The translations under genes and the position numbers were made by a program. 64,000 nucleotides of DNA, taken from positions 245,735-309,734 of the forward strand of contig OY969569.1 of NCBI GenBank assembly GCA_963701185.1, in the 5' to 3' direction. The notes below the pieces were generated by a model. The model ran no database searches, was not told the origin of the DNA, and saw only the letters and a program-made list of their open reading frames with translations. This document shows, in pieces, positions 1-9,153 of the stretch (the first letter of the stretch is position 1; each line of letters begins with the position of its first letter). The DNA comes from Candidatus Gottesmanbacteria bacterium. Its GTDB lineage: Bacteria; Patescibacteriota; Microgenomatia; UBA10105; UBA927.

Positions 1-22
1 ATGAACGCTCCTTTCGTATGGT

Positions 23-50
23 TTGACACGGAGTTATTTTGCGATATCAT
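23..50 (+). promoter_or_regulatory. sigma70-type promoter, leaderless
   Basis: TTGACA (23-28), 16 nt, TATCAT (45-50); ATG 6 nt downstream. Confidence 0.6.
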
Positions 51-56
51 ACATGT

Positions 57-395
57 ATGATAAGTCTCATTGTTAGTTGGGTTCTCAATGCTCTTGCCCT
101 GTATATCGTCGCGAAGATTTTGCCGGGTATTCATCTTTTGGATTTCGGAAGTGCGCTGATTGCCGTCATCGTCATCGGCTTGGTGAATGCACTTATTAAA
201 CCGCTCCTTTTTCTGTTGACCCTTCCGGTTACCATAATCACATTTGGACTTTTTGCACTGGTCCTGAATGCATTGATGCTTATGCTCGCCAGCGCTCTGA
301 CACCCGGATTTAAAATCGACGGATTCGGGACGGCACTTCTGGGATCAATACTTCTGTCCATCGTGACGACGATCCTCCATTCTTTGGTCCGCTAG
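57..395 (+). CDS. YvlD/DUF360 (phage holin family 4-like) membrane protein
   Basis: Four TM segments; GLVNALIKPLLFLLTLPVTIITFGLF signature; ATG at 57. Confidence 0.85.
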   Translation: MISLIVSWVLNALALYIVAKILPGIHLLDFGSALIAVIVIGLVNALIKPLLFLLTLPVTIITFGLFALVLNALMLMLASALTPGFKIDGFGTALLGSILLSIVTTILHSLVR

Positions 396-432
396 TTTTA
401 AATATAGCTTCAAACACGGTACAATAGAGATC

Positions 433-1371
433 ATGGTTTATATCGTGAAGGAGATTTCTTCTCAAGATGCGTGGGATGGGTTTGTGAGAGAGCATGCACC
501 CACGGCGTTATTCCAGGGTTGGGCGTGGGGCGAGGTGGAGAAAAAGATGGGGCATCGCGTGTGGCGGCGGGGATGGTTTGAAAAAAATAAACTTGTGGGG
601 GTAGCGCAAATCGTCAAAGTTTCCGCGCGGCGCGGGACATTCCTGCATCTGCGGCACGGGCCGATTGGGAAAATTAATTTCGAAGATCTTAAAAATTTTG
701 CCAAAACTGAAAAGGCGTGGTTTGTCCGCATCAGCCCGCATGTTCAAAAAGCGCCGTATTCCGGATTGGTTCCGGCTCCGATTCATGCGATGGATGCGGA
801 ACTCTGCTGGGTGTTGGATTTGGATAAAAGTGAAGAGGAGCTATTGGCCGGCATGCGAAAAACGACACGGTACGAAATCAAACACGCGGGTGGAGTCACG
901 GTTAAAAAAAGTAATGATATTGAGCGTTTTTTTGCGCTGTATAACGCAACAAGCGCGAGACATAACTTTGTACAACATAAAGGGATTCGCGAGGAATTTG
1001 AAACTCTGGATTGTGATCTGTTTATTGCTTCCCACCAGGGCCGTGACCTTGCAGCCGCGATCGTCGTGTATTTTGGGGACGAAGCAATTTATCATCACGG
1101 TGCGTCGATTCCGAATAAAGCAGGGGTATCATATGCAGTACAGTGGGAAGCCATACGCGAAGCAAAAAAACGGGGTAAAAAGATATACAATTTTTGGGGT
1201 ATAGCTCCGGATACTAAGATAAATCACCCGTGGCGAGGTATAACATTGTTCAAAACAGGGTTCGGGGGGCGGCAGGTGGAATTTATGCACGCCCAGGACT
1301 ACCTTGTCTCGCCATTTGCAGTCATCCCCAGAACGGTCGAGAGCTTGCGTAAGCGGCTCAAAGGGTATTAA
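433..1371 (+). CDS. femX: FemABX-family lipid II aminoacyltransferase
   Basis: LDLDKSEEELLAGMRKTTRYEI, YNFWGI, GITLFKTGFGG motifs. Confidence 0.85.
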   Translation: MVYIVKEISSQDAWDGFVREHAPTALFQGWAWGEVEKKMGHRVWRRGWFEKNKLVGVAQIVKVSARRGTFLHLRHGPIGKINFEDLKNFAKTEKAWFVRISPHVQKAPYSGLVPAPIHAMDAELCWVLDLDKSEEELLAGMRKTTRYEIKHAGGVTVKKSNDIERFFALYNATSARHNFVQHKGIREEFETLDCDLFIASHQGRDLAAAIVVYFGDEAIYHHGASIPNKAGVSYAVQWEAIREAKKRGKKIYNFWGIAPDTKINHPWRGITLFKTGFGGRQVEFMHAQDYLVSPFAVIPRTVESLRKRLKGY

Positions 1372-1385
1372 TATATACTATACCT

Positions 1386-1742
1386 ATGAGGGAAATACTC
1401 AGGAAACACACAATATCCTTCAAAAATGCTTATAATGGTCTTCGCTGGGCTATTACATCTCAACCAAACTTTCGGGTTCATCTCGTTCTTTCCGCGATCG
1501 CCATCGGGTTAAGCTGGTTTTTTCGTATCACACGGACGGAGTTTGCCATCATTATTTTTACGATTCTGTTGGGGCTTACGGCTGAACTTATCAATACCGC
1601 ACTTGAGTCCATGACTGATTTAATTACGAAAGAATGGCGGGAGGAAGCACGGGTAGCCAAAGATGTTTCTGCCGGCATGATGCTTACGACTGCCATCGGT
1701 GCGGTTATTATTGCCATTGTCGTATTTGGCAAATACATATAA
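1386..1742 (+). CDS. dgkA: Diacylglycerol/undecaprenol kinase family protein
   Basis: SFKNAYNGL, ELINTALE, AKDVSAG; 3 TM. Confidence 0.9.
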   Translation: MREILRKHTISFKNAYNGLRWAITSQPNFRVHLVLSAIAIGLSWFFRITRTEFAIIIFTILLGLTAELINTALESMTDLITKEWREEARVAKDVSAGMMLTTAIGAVIIAIVVFGKYI

Positions 1743-1747
1743 TCTCT

Positions 1748-2797
1748 ATGGTATTTTTACTTGGTTTAGTATTATTTTCGTGGTTGGTCAGCAGCATCCT
1801 CTATATCCCTTTTATCCGGCTTCTATACAAATGGCGTATGCAGCGGCTTCACCAAAAAACGCTGGATGCGTTTGATAAACATACCCCTATATTTGACCGA
1901 TTTCACGAGAAGAAAGCGGGGACGCCGGTCGGCGGAGGACTGCTCATTATCGGCGTGACTACTGTGCTGTTTCCGCTGGCGGTTCTCCTTATGTACTATT
2001 TTTGGCTTCCGATAACGGCGGTCTACCCGATTGCCAGTGAAATTAAAATTCTCCTGTTTACGTTTGTCTCATTCGGAGCGCTCGGGCTTTTGGACGATAT
2101 AAAAAAAACATTCGTCGGGATTTCTTCAACATTTTTCGGACTCAGGCTCCGGCACAAATTACTGCTGGAGATAGTGTTGGCAGGTGTTATCAGTTTCTGG
2201 ATGATTTATGACCTTAAGATCGATATCTTCTATGTGCCGTTGTTGGGCATTATCCGTTTAGGCTGGTGGTATATACCGTTTGCGACGCTGGTTATCATTT
2301 CATTTGCCAATGCGTTTAACATAACCGACGGACTGGACGGTCTTGCATCGGGACTTCTTATGATCGCCCTTGCGGCCTTCTGGATTATTTCCGGATCGAT
2401 TTTGGACACTCCGCTGTCGGTATTTATCGCCATCTGGCTCGGGAGCCTGATTGCATTTTTATACTTTAATATTTTTCCTGCCCGAATATTCCTGGGCGAT
2501 GTGGGCGCCCTTTCCTTCGGCGCAACGATGGCGGTCGTGGGTCTCATCTTAGGGAAAGCGCCGGCGCTGGTCGTTATCGGCGGGGTATTCGTTATCGAAG
2601 TTGTGTCGTCCTTCGTGCAGTTATTATCCAAGAAGTTTTTGCATAAAAAAGCGTTTTCTGTGGCACCGTTTCATTTGTGGCTCCAATATAACGGGTGGCC
2701 GGAACCGAAAATCGTCATGCGCATGTGGATCGTATCCATTATTCTTGCAATTTTCGGACTCTGGCTTGCCCTGCTCACGAAAGTTCCGGCGGTATGA
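1748..2797 (+). CDS. mraY: Phospho-MurNAc-pentapeptide transferase
   Basis: KAGTPVGGG, LLDD, NAFNITDGLDGLA, IFLGDVG, APFH motifs; start re-called at 1748. Confidence 0.93.
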   Translation: MVFLLGLVLFSWLVSSILYIPFIRLLYKWRMQRLHQKTLDAFDKHTPIFDRFHEKKAGTPVGGGLLIIGVTTVLFPLAVLLMYYFWLPITAVYPIASEIKILLFTFVSFGALGLLDDIKKTFVGISSTFFGLRLRHKLLLEIVLAGVISFWMIYDLKIDIFYVPLLGIIRLGWWYIPFATLVIISFANAFNITDGLDGLASGLLMIALAAFWIISGSILDTPLSVFIAIWLGSLIAFLYFNIFPARIFLGDVGALSFGATMAVVGLILGKAPALVVIGGVFVIEVVSSFVQLLSKKFLHKKAFSVAPFHLWLQYNGWPEPKIVMRMWIVSIILAIFGLWLALLTKVPAV

Positions 2798-3573
2798 TAG
2801 GGATATTGGATTCCGGTTTCGGCGGGTTGTCAGTCTACCAAAGTATCGTCGCACTGCTTCCTCATGAATCAACTTTGTATATCGGTGACCACGCATATCT
2901 GCCGTACGGAGAAAAGTCCGTCCATGTCATTCAGCAGCGGGTGCTGGCACTTATTCGGTTTCTCATTGGTAAAAACGCGAAGCTTATCGTTATTGCATGC
3001 AATACCGGTACTGTCGCAGGGATTGAACTCTATCGCACGACGTTTCCTCATGTGCCGATTGTCGGAGTTGTTCCTGTTGTCAAAACAGCAGCGGCTATTT
3101 CGAAACGGAGACGATTTGCCGTTCTCTCTACGAGGTTTACTGCAGAAAGCGCTTATCAAAAACGTCTCATTAAAGAGTTTGCCGACGGATGTACAGTTTA
3201 TAATTTTGGGTGTCTGAATTTAGTTGCACTTGTGGAGCAGGGGATGGTAAAGGGACCAAAAATAGAAAAAGAACTTCGACGGATTCTCACTGACAAAATA
3301 CTTAACGATATTGATGTTATTGCCTTAGGGTGTACCCATTATCCGTTTCTGATGCCTGCCATACGTGCTATAGTAGGAAATGACATGACCGTGCTGGATT
3401 CAGGCGGAGCAGTGACACGGCAGGTAGCACGGATTCTGGAACATAACGGCATAAAATCAAAAACTAAAAAATCAACGCATGTATTTTTTTCAACCGGCAG
3501 GGGTGGTGATTATTCAAAAATTGCATCGCTGCTTTTGCATCAAAAAGTTAACGTAACCTATGCAAACATATAA
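2794..3573 (+). CDS. murI: Glutamate racemase
   Basis: IGILDSGFGGLSV, IACNT, LGCTHYP. Confidence 0.95.
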   Translation: MIGILDSGFGGLSVYQSIVALLPHESTLYIGDHAYLPYGEKSVHVIQQRVLALIRFLIGKNAKLIVIACNTGTVAGIELYRTTFPHVPIVGVVPVVKTAAAISKRRRFAVLSTRFTAESAYQKRLIKEFADGCTVYNFGCLNLVALVEQGMVKGPKIEKELRRILTDKILNDIDVIALGCTHYPFLMPAIRAIVGNDMTVLDSGGAVTRQVARILEHNGIKSKTKKSTHVFFSTGRGGDYSKIASLLLHQKVNVTYANI

Positions 3574-4927
3574 AAATCGTTTGGTAGCGGTACTCGGATT
3601 GTCTGTCGAGGGAACGGATTCCGTACGGTTTTTCAACGCGGAAGGAGCCCGTGTTTGGTGCTGCGACCGGAGGACCAAAGAAGAACTCGGAGATACGTAC
3701 GATGAATTGAAACCGCTTGCGGAGGGATTTCAGTTAGGCAAGAGGTATTTAGAAGATATTGGCAGATTTGATCTTATTGTACGTACTCCCGGCATGTCTC
3801 TTCGATTGCCGCTTCTTCAGCGGAGAGAGCTTACCAGTTCGACCAAACTGTTTTTTTCTTTATGCGCGGCTCCGATTATCGGTGTAACCGGAACCAAAGG
3901 CAAGGGGACGACGGGTACGCTCATCGCCCGGATGATCGAAGCCGATGGAAAAAAGGTCTGGCTCGGAGGAAATGTCGGAACGCCGCTTTTGTCGAAAGTG
4001 AGAGCTATAAAACCGTCGGATGCGGTCGTTTTGGAGTTGTCGTCGTTTCAGCTTGAGGACTGCAGGCAAAGTCCTCATGTTGCAGTTGTTTTAAAAACTA
4101 CACAGGAACATCTGGCCAATCAGGACAAGCTTGCTTCGAATTTTCATCTCACCAGGGAAACCTACGTGGATGCGAAAAAATCCATCGTACGATATCAAAA
4201 AAAAACTGACGTTGTCATTCTGAATGCCGATGACTCCACCAGTTTGTCGTTTGCCGCAGAAACACCGGCCCGTGTTTTGTGCTTCGGCAGGGTAAAGAAA
4301 ACGACGGATGCGTATGTTGCCGATAGTACGATATACCTTAATGTCAAAAAGAAGCCGCAAAAAGTTTGTTCCCTGGGAGAAATTAAACTCCGCGGCATGC
4401 ATAATCTGGATAATATTGCAGCGGCGGCGCTTGCTGCCAGGGCTACAGGAGTGTCTTTGAATGCAATCCGTCTCGCCGCGATATCCTTTGAGGGCTTGGA
4501 ACACAGACTTGAAACAATCCGTGAAGCCCGCGGCGTCCTTTATGTGAATGATTCGTTTTCTACCGTTCCTGAAACCGCGATTGCGGCAATAGAATCATTT
4601 AACCAGAAGATTATTTTGATTGCAGGCGGATCGGAAAAGGGCTCTGATTTTACGGAATTGGGAAAGGTAATCGCCGCCCATTCTGTGAAGACTCTCATTG
4701 CCATTGGCCGTATGACGGAAAGAATCGTGAAAGCATCCAAAGATGCGGGATTCACAGGAAAGATTATTACGGGAGCCCGTTCCATGCATGACATTGTATC
4801 GATTGCGTCAAAAGAGGCTGCAGCGGGTGATGTGGTACTTCTTTCGCCCGCCTGCGCATCGTTTGACATGTTCAAAAATTATAAGGAACGCGGCAAATTA
4901 TTTAAGCATGAAGTTTCCCTTCTTTAA
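3560..4927 (+). CDS. murD: UDP-MurNAc-L-Ala:D-Glu ligase
   Basis: GVTGTKGKGTT, GGNVG, LELSSFQL, LEHRLE, LLSPACASFDMF. Confidence 0.95.
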   Translation: MQTYKNRLVAVLGLSVEGTDSVRFFNAEGARVWCCDRRTKEELGDTYDELKPLAEGFQLGKRYLEDIGRFDLIVRTPGMSLRLPLLQRRELTSSTKLFFSLCAAPIIGVTGTKGKGTTGTLIARMIEADGKKVWLGGNVGTPLLSKVRAIKPSDAVVLELSSFQLEDCRQSPHVAVVLKTTQEHLANQDKLASNFHLTRETYVDAKKSIVRYQKKTDVVILNADDSTSLSFAAETPARVLCFGRVKKTTDAYVADSTIYLNVKKKPQKVCSLGEIKLRGMHNLDNIAAAALAARATGVSLNAIRLAAISFEGLEHRLETIREARGVLYVNDSFSTVPETAIAAIESFNQKIILIAGGSEKGSDFTELGKVIAAHSVKTLIAIGRMTERIVKASKDAGFTGKIITGARSMHDIVSIASKEAAAGDVVLLSPACASFDMFKNYKERGKLFKHEVSLL

Positions 4928-5999
4928 ATTGAAGAGGCGCCCGTCGGACCGGTGGATGCTGATTGCAGTCGTCATTCTCTCCTTGTTCGGCATTCTCATG
5001 GTCTACGACTCGTCGGTCGCTATCGCCGTTCGGGATTTCGGCAATCAATATTATTATCTCCGGGACCAGTTGAAGTGGCTGATCATCGGGTTTGTCTCTC
5101 TTACCGTATTTTCCTTCATTGATTATCATCAGTGGTACAAAATTGCCCTGCCGATACTTCTGGGAACCATAGTATTACTGCTGGCGGTTTTTTTGCCGGG
5201 CCTCGGCGTACGGGCCCTCGGCGCCCACCGGTGGATTAATTTTGGGTTTTTCGTGCTGCAGCCGGCTGAACTGGCAAAGCTCGTGCTTGTTATCTATCTT
5301 TCTGCCTGGTTTTCTGTCCGCGAACGGGAGCGATTGGGAGCGTTTGCCATTCTTCTCTGCATGGTCGTGGGGTTGGTACTTCTGGAGCCTGATCTGGGAA
5401 CCAGCGTGATTATTATTGCTATTGCGCTTATTTTGTATTTTGCGTCGGGTGCGCCGGTTTTGCATTTTGCCGTCATTGTGCCGGTCCTGGTTGCCGGTAT
5501 CGTGGGACTTGCAATTATTTCTCCGTACCGGATGGCACGCCTCACGACATTTTTGCACCCGGACCGGGATCCCTTGGGATCGTCGTATCACATCCGTCAG
5601 GCGTTATTAGGGTTGGGGTCCGGCGGCTGGTTTGGCGTGGGCGTGGGACAATCGCGCCAAAAATACGAATATCTTCCGGAGGCAAACACGGATTCCATAT
5701 TTGCTATCATAGGAGAAGAGACCGGTTTTGTCGGGTCGGTTGCCGTTATTCTCATGTTTGTCTTTGCGTCCTGGCGGGGGTTCCGGATAGCAAAGCGCGC
5801 CCGCGACGGCTTCGGACGGCTTTTGGCCATCGGTATTACGTCATGGATTTCGGTACAGACGATTATCAATCTCTCTGCGATGGTTGCGCTCATGCCCTTG
5901 ACGGGCGTGCCGCTTCCGTTTGTGTCCTACGGAGGATCCAGTCTTATTATTATGCTTTCGGCTGTTGGTATACTGTTAAATATAAGTAAAGCACAATGA
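4908..5999 (+). CDS. ftsW: SEDS peptidoglycan polymerase FtsW
   Basis: QPAELAK, LLEPDLGT, YLPEANTDSIF, PLTGVPLPFVSYGGSS; between murD and murG. Confidence 0.93.
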   Translation: MKFPFFKLKRRPSDRWMLIAVVILSLFGILMVYDSSVAIAVRDFGNQYYYLRDQLKWLIIGFVSLTVFSFIDYHQWYKIALPILLGTIVLLLAVFLPGLGVRALGAHRWINFGFFVLQPAELAKLVLVIYLSAWFSVRERERLGAFAILLCMVVGLVLLEPDLGTSVIIIAIALILYFASGAPVLHFAVIVPVLVAGIVGLAIISPYRMARLTTFLHPDRDPLGSSYHIRQALLGLGSGGWFGVGVGQSRQKYEYLPEANTDSIFAIIGEETGFVGSVAVILMFVFASWRGFRIAKRARDGFGRLLAIGITSWISVQTIINLSAMVALMPLTGVPLPFVSYGGSSLIIMLSAVGILLNISKAQ

Positions 6000-7114
6000 A
6001 ACAAAAACGCACGATTGTCATGACAGGAGGACATGTCACGCCGGCGATTGCGGTCATCGATGCATTGAAGGGAGACTCGTCGATCATATTCTTCGGAAGA
6101 AAGTATGCGACGGAAGGAAACCGTACTCTGTCTGCCGAATACCGGCTGATTACCGAAAGGGGCATTCCGTTTATTTCTCTTACGACCGGACGCCTGCAGC
6201 GTCAATGGACCTGGCAGACTATCCCGTCACTTCTGAAGATTCCTGTCGGGTGCATACAGTCGCTCTGGTATTGTCTGCGGCAGCGGCCCGCTCTGATCGT
6301 CAGTTTCGGCGGATATGTCGCACTGCCGACGGCATTAGCCGCGTGGCTTTGCCGGATTCCTGTTATTACCCACGAACAAACACTTGTCCCGGGGCTTGCC
6401 AACCGGCTGATTGCGGGGCTGGCCAGACGCGTCTGTGTCACGTTTCCTGAAACGCTCTCTCGTTTTCCGAAAGACAAAGCCGTAGTAACCGGCCTGCCGA
6501 TGCGCAAGGAATTATTTACCCCCTCGCCCAAGGCGGGGCCGTTTACGGCGGATCTTTCGCATTATCCGCTGATATATGTGACCGGCGGGGGGACCGGTGC
6601 CCAGTCATTGAACCGATTGTTGTTCCCCGTGCTCGCGTCACTTTTGGCGCACTATACGATTGTTCATCAGGTAGGCGACGCATCTTTTGCCGAAGCGGAA
6701 AAAATACGAACGGAACTTCCTGCCACATGTAAAGACCGGTATATCGTCCGGCTATATATACCAGTTTCGGAGTTGGCATGGGTGTTGTCCCGCGCGGTCA
6801 TCGTTCTTGGGAGGTCCGGCGCCAACACCGTGATGGAATTGGCGGCATTGGGAAAAGTTGCCATATTTGTCCCGCTTCCGTGGTCGGCCGGCGGCGAACA
6901 ACAGAAGAATGCCGCCTGGCTAAGCAGTCACGGTGGAGCAGTTGATCTTGCTCAGCATGAATTAACACCCCGAATTCTTGAGAATAAGATAGATGAGGTT
7001 CAAAAAAATATTGCATTTTTTCAACAACGCGCCTCTGTCTTCGCGGCAGAAGTTCCGCGTGACGGTACTCAGCGGTTCGTGCGTGAAATAGAACATTTGC
7101 TTTCCGCGACATGA
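5996..7114 (+). CDS. murG: MurG GlcNAc transferase
   Basis: TGGHVTP, FGGYVA, HEQT, GRSGANTV, EQQKNA. Confidence 0.93.
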   Translation: MKQKRTIVMTGGHVTPAIAVIDALKGDSSIIFFGRKYATEGNRTLSAEYRLITERGIPFISLTTGRLQRQWTWQTIPSLLKIPVGCIQSLWYCLRQRPALIVSFGGYVALPTALAAWLCRIPVITHEQTLVPGLANRLIAGLARRVCVTFPETLSRFPKDKAVVTGLPMRKELFTPSPKAGPFTADLSHYPLIYVTGGGTGAQSLNRLLFPVLASLLAHYTIVHQVGDASFAEAEKIRTELPATCKDRYIVRLYIPVSELAWVLSRAVIVLGRSGANTVMELAALGKVAIFVPLPWSAGGEQQKNAAWLSSHGGAVDLAQHELTPRILENKIDEVQKNIAFFQQRASVFAAEVPRDGTQRFVREIEHLLSAT

Positions 7115-7815
7115 TGAAATCCAAACGTGCAGTCTTTTTAAGAAAATTCGGCAGGATTGTCGGGTACGTACTTCTTTTCACTGCGTTTCTCGGTGCCGTG
7201 TATTGGGTGGGCATCCGTGCATTTACTGTTAAAAACATTGTTGTCATAGGGGAGAATATCCAAGTGCAGGTGGACGAATCGAAATTGCCCAGAACGCTTT
7301 TCCTGTTTCCTTCCGGCACCATTCGGGCACAGCTTCTTGCGGCAAATCCGATACTTGCGGACATTCAATTTCAAAAAAAATATCCTCATACTTTGGTGAT
7401 TGTCCCGACACTGCGCGCGGCGAGCGTCCGTTTAATTGCCGCGTCCCGTGAGGTGTCGCTGGACGCCGGTGGAATAGTGCTCTCAGATGCGGATGCCTCG
7501 TCACAGAGCCTCCCCCGTCTTGTTGTCCCCATTACGACGCTCCGTATCGGGGAAAAAATTACCGACCGGCGGGTCGCGGCCGCGATTGCTTTCATTATCG
7601 GAATGCGCGCTATCATGCCGGTGCGTGTCGTTTCCGTTGAAGACGAAACCTCCCTACGCGCCAAAAGTGATAAACTAGACATACTATTTCCTCAGGAAGA
7701 GCCTACATCTGCGTTACTGGCTACTTTACAAACGCTTCTTTCGGGGTTTAGAATAAAAGGAACACTGCCCACGTTTATTGATCTGCGGTTTGACAAACCA
7801 ATAATAAAATTTTAG
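7111..7815 (+). CDS. ftsQ: Cell division protein FtsQ/DivIB
   Basis: N-terminal TM, POTRA-like KKYPHTL, C-terminal IDLRF; between murG and ftsA. Confidence 0.75.
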   Translation: MMKSKRAVFLRKFGRIVGYVLLFTAFLGAVYWVGIRAFTVKNIVVIGENIQVQVDESKLPRTLFLFPSGTIRAQLLAANPILADIQFQKKYPHTLVIVPTLRAASVRLIAASREVSLDAGGIVLSDADASSQSLPRLVVPITTLRIGEKITDRRVAAAIAFIIGMRAIMPVRVVSVEDETSLRAKSDKLDILFPQEEPTSALLATLQTLLSGFRIKGTLPTFIDLRFDKPIIKF

Positions 7816-7817
7816 GT

Positions 7818-9108
7818 ATGGCGCGAGACCACATAGTATCCGGCATAGATGTCGGAACCAGTAAGATAACGACCCTGATTGCGACGGTTCCTGAAGAAGG
7901 AGATGCCCGTGTCATCGGAGTATCAACAGTTGCGAGCCGCGGCTTGCGGAAGGGCCAAGTGGTCAATATTGAGGAAGCAACGGGTGCAATTTCCGGAGCA
8001 TTGGAGGCAGCCGAACGCATGGCGGGAACGCAGGTTGCCCGGGCATTTCTTTCCGTCGGAGGCGCGCATATTGCATCGCAAAACTCCCACGGTGTGGTCG
8101 CCGTGTCTGAACCGGACAAGGAAATATCGGAAAGCGACGTCAAACGGGTTATTGAAGCGGCGAAAGCCGTATCACTGCCGTCGTCCCGCGAGATACTTCA
8201 TGTACTGCCGCGGGGATATGTTGTTGACAGCCAGGAAGGAATCGTGGATCCCGTCGGGATGACCGGCGTACGGCTTGAAGTTGATACACATTTGGTGACC
8301 GGCGGGGCAACGGCAGTGCGAAATTTACGTAAATGTGTGGAGGATCTTGGTGTTGAAGTGGAAGGTATGGTATTCGGCGGGTTGGCAGCGTCACTTGCAA
8401 CCATTACGGATACGGAAAAGGAATTAGGCGTGGTACTCATTGATATCGGCGGCGGGACAACCGATGTGGCGATTTTTGTTGAGGGGGCCTTGTCCTATTC
8501 ATCCGTCATTCCGATCGGGGCAATTAATATAACCAAAGATTTAGCGGCGGGACTCCGGGTGTCGCTGGAGAGCGCGGAAAAAATTAAATTGTTATTAGGG
8601 AAGACACCCCGTGTTCCGGCTGTTCCGGAAGAAGAAGCAAAGCAAATCCGAAAAAAGCGATGAGGTGGATGTATCCGGCTTGGGGCTTCCGGAGGAACTC
8701 AGAATGCTGTCAAGAAAAACGTTGGTTGAGGGAATTATCAAACCGCGGTTAAACGAAATATTTACGATGGTGGGCTTAGAGATTAAGCGGAGCGGTTTCG
8801 GCGGTATGACGCCGTCGGGGATCGTACTTACCGGCGGAGGCGCTCAGACCGTCGGTGGTGTCGAATCAGCGAGGCGCAATCTCGCCATGTCGGTGCATAT
8901 CGGCGAACCAAAAAAAATTACGGGTCTTGTTGATGAAATCATGACTCCCGCGTATGCCTCAAGCGTCGGCCTTCTGTTGTACGGCGCGAAGGGAGAATCC
9001 GGCGAACAGGGACGCGTATTTGGCGGACTTGGAAAAATCGGAGAAAAGGTGCAAATCAAAGGACTTGCAGGAAAGGTTATTGATCTGGTAAAGTCATTCA
9101 TGCCCTAA
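7818..9108 (+). pseudogene. ftsA: FtsA split by a +1 frame change near 8640-8660 (assembly error, pseudogene or split gene)
   Basis: N-part 7818-8663 (GIDVGTSK, IDIGGGTT); C-part in +1 frame to 9108 (IIKPRLNEIF, IVLTGGGA, amphipathic C-tail). Confidence 0.85.
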
Positions 9109-9153
9109 GAACAGACACCTGCATTTATTTCTTCTGCCCCCAATAGTATTTTT

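Noticed and set aside
57-395. Holin-like gene as evidence of a prophage
   Set aside because: YvlD/DUF360 genes are common chromosomal genes; no phage genes nearby
8651-8657. A-AAA-AAG as a programmed -1 frameshift restoring FtsA
   Set aside because: FtsA continues in the +1 frame; the -1 frame gives an unrelated short peptide and stops
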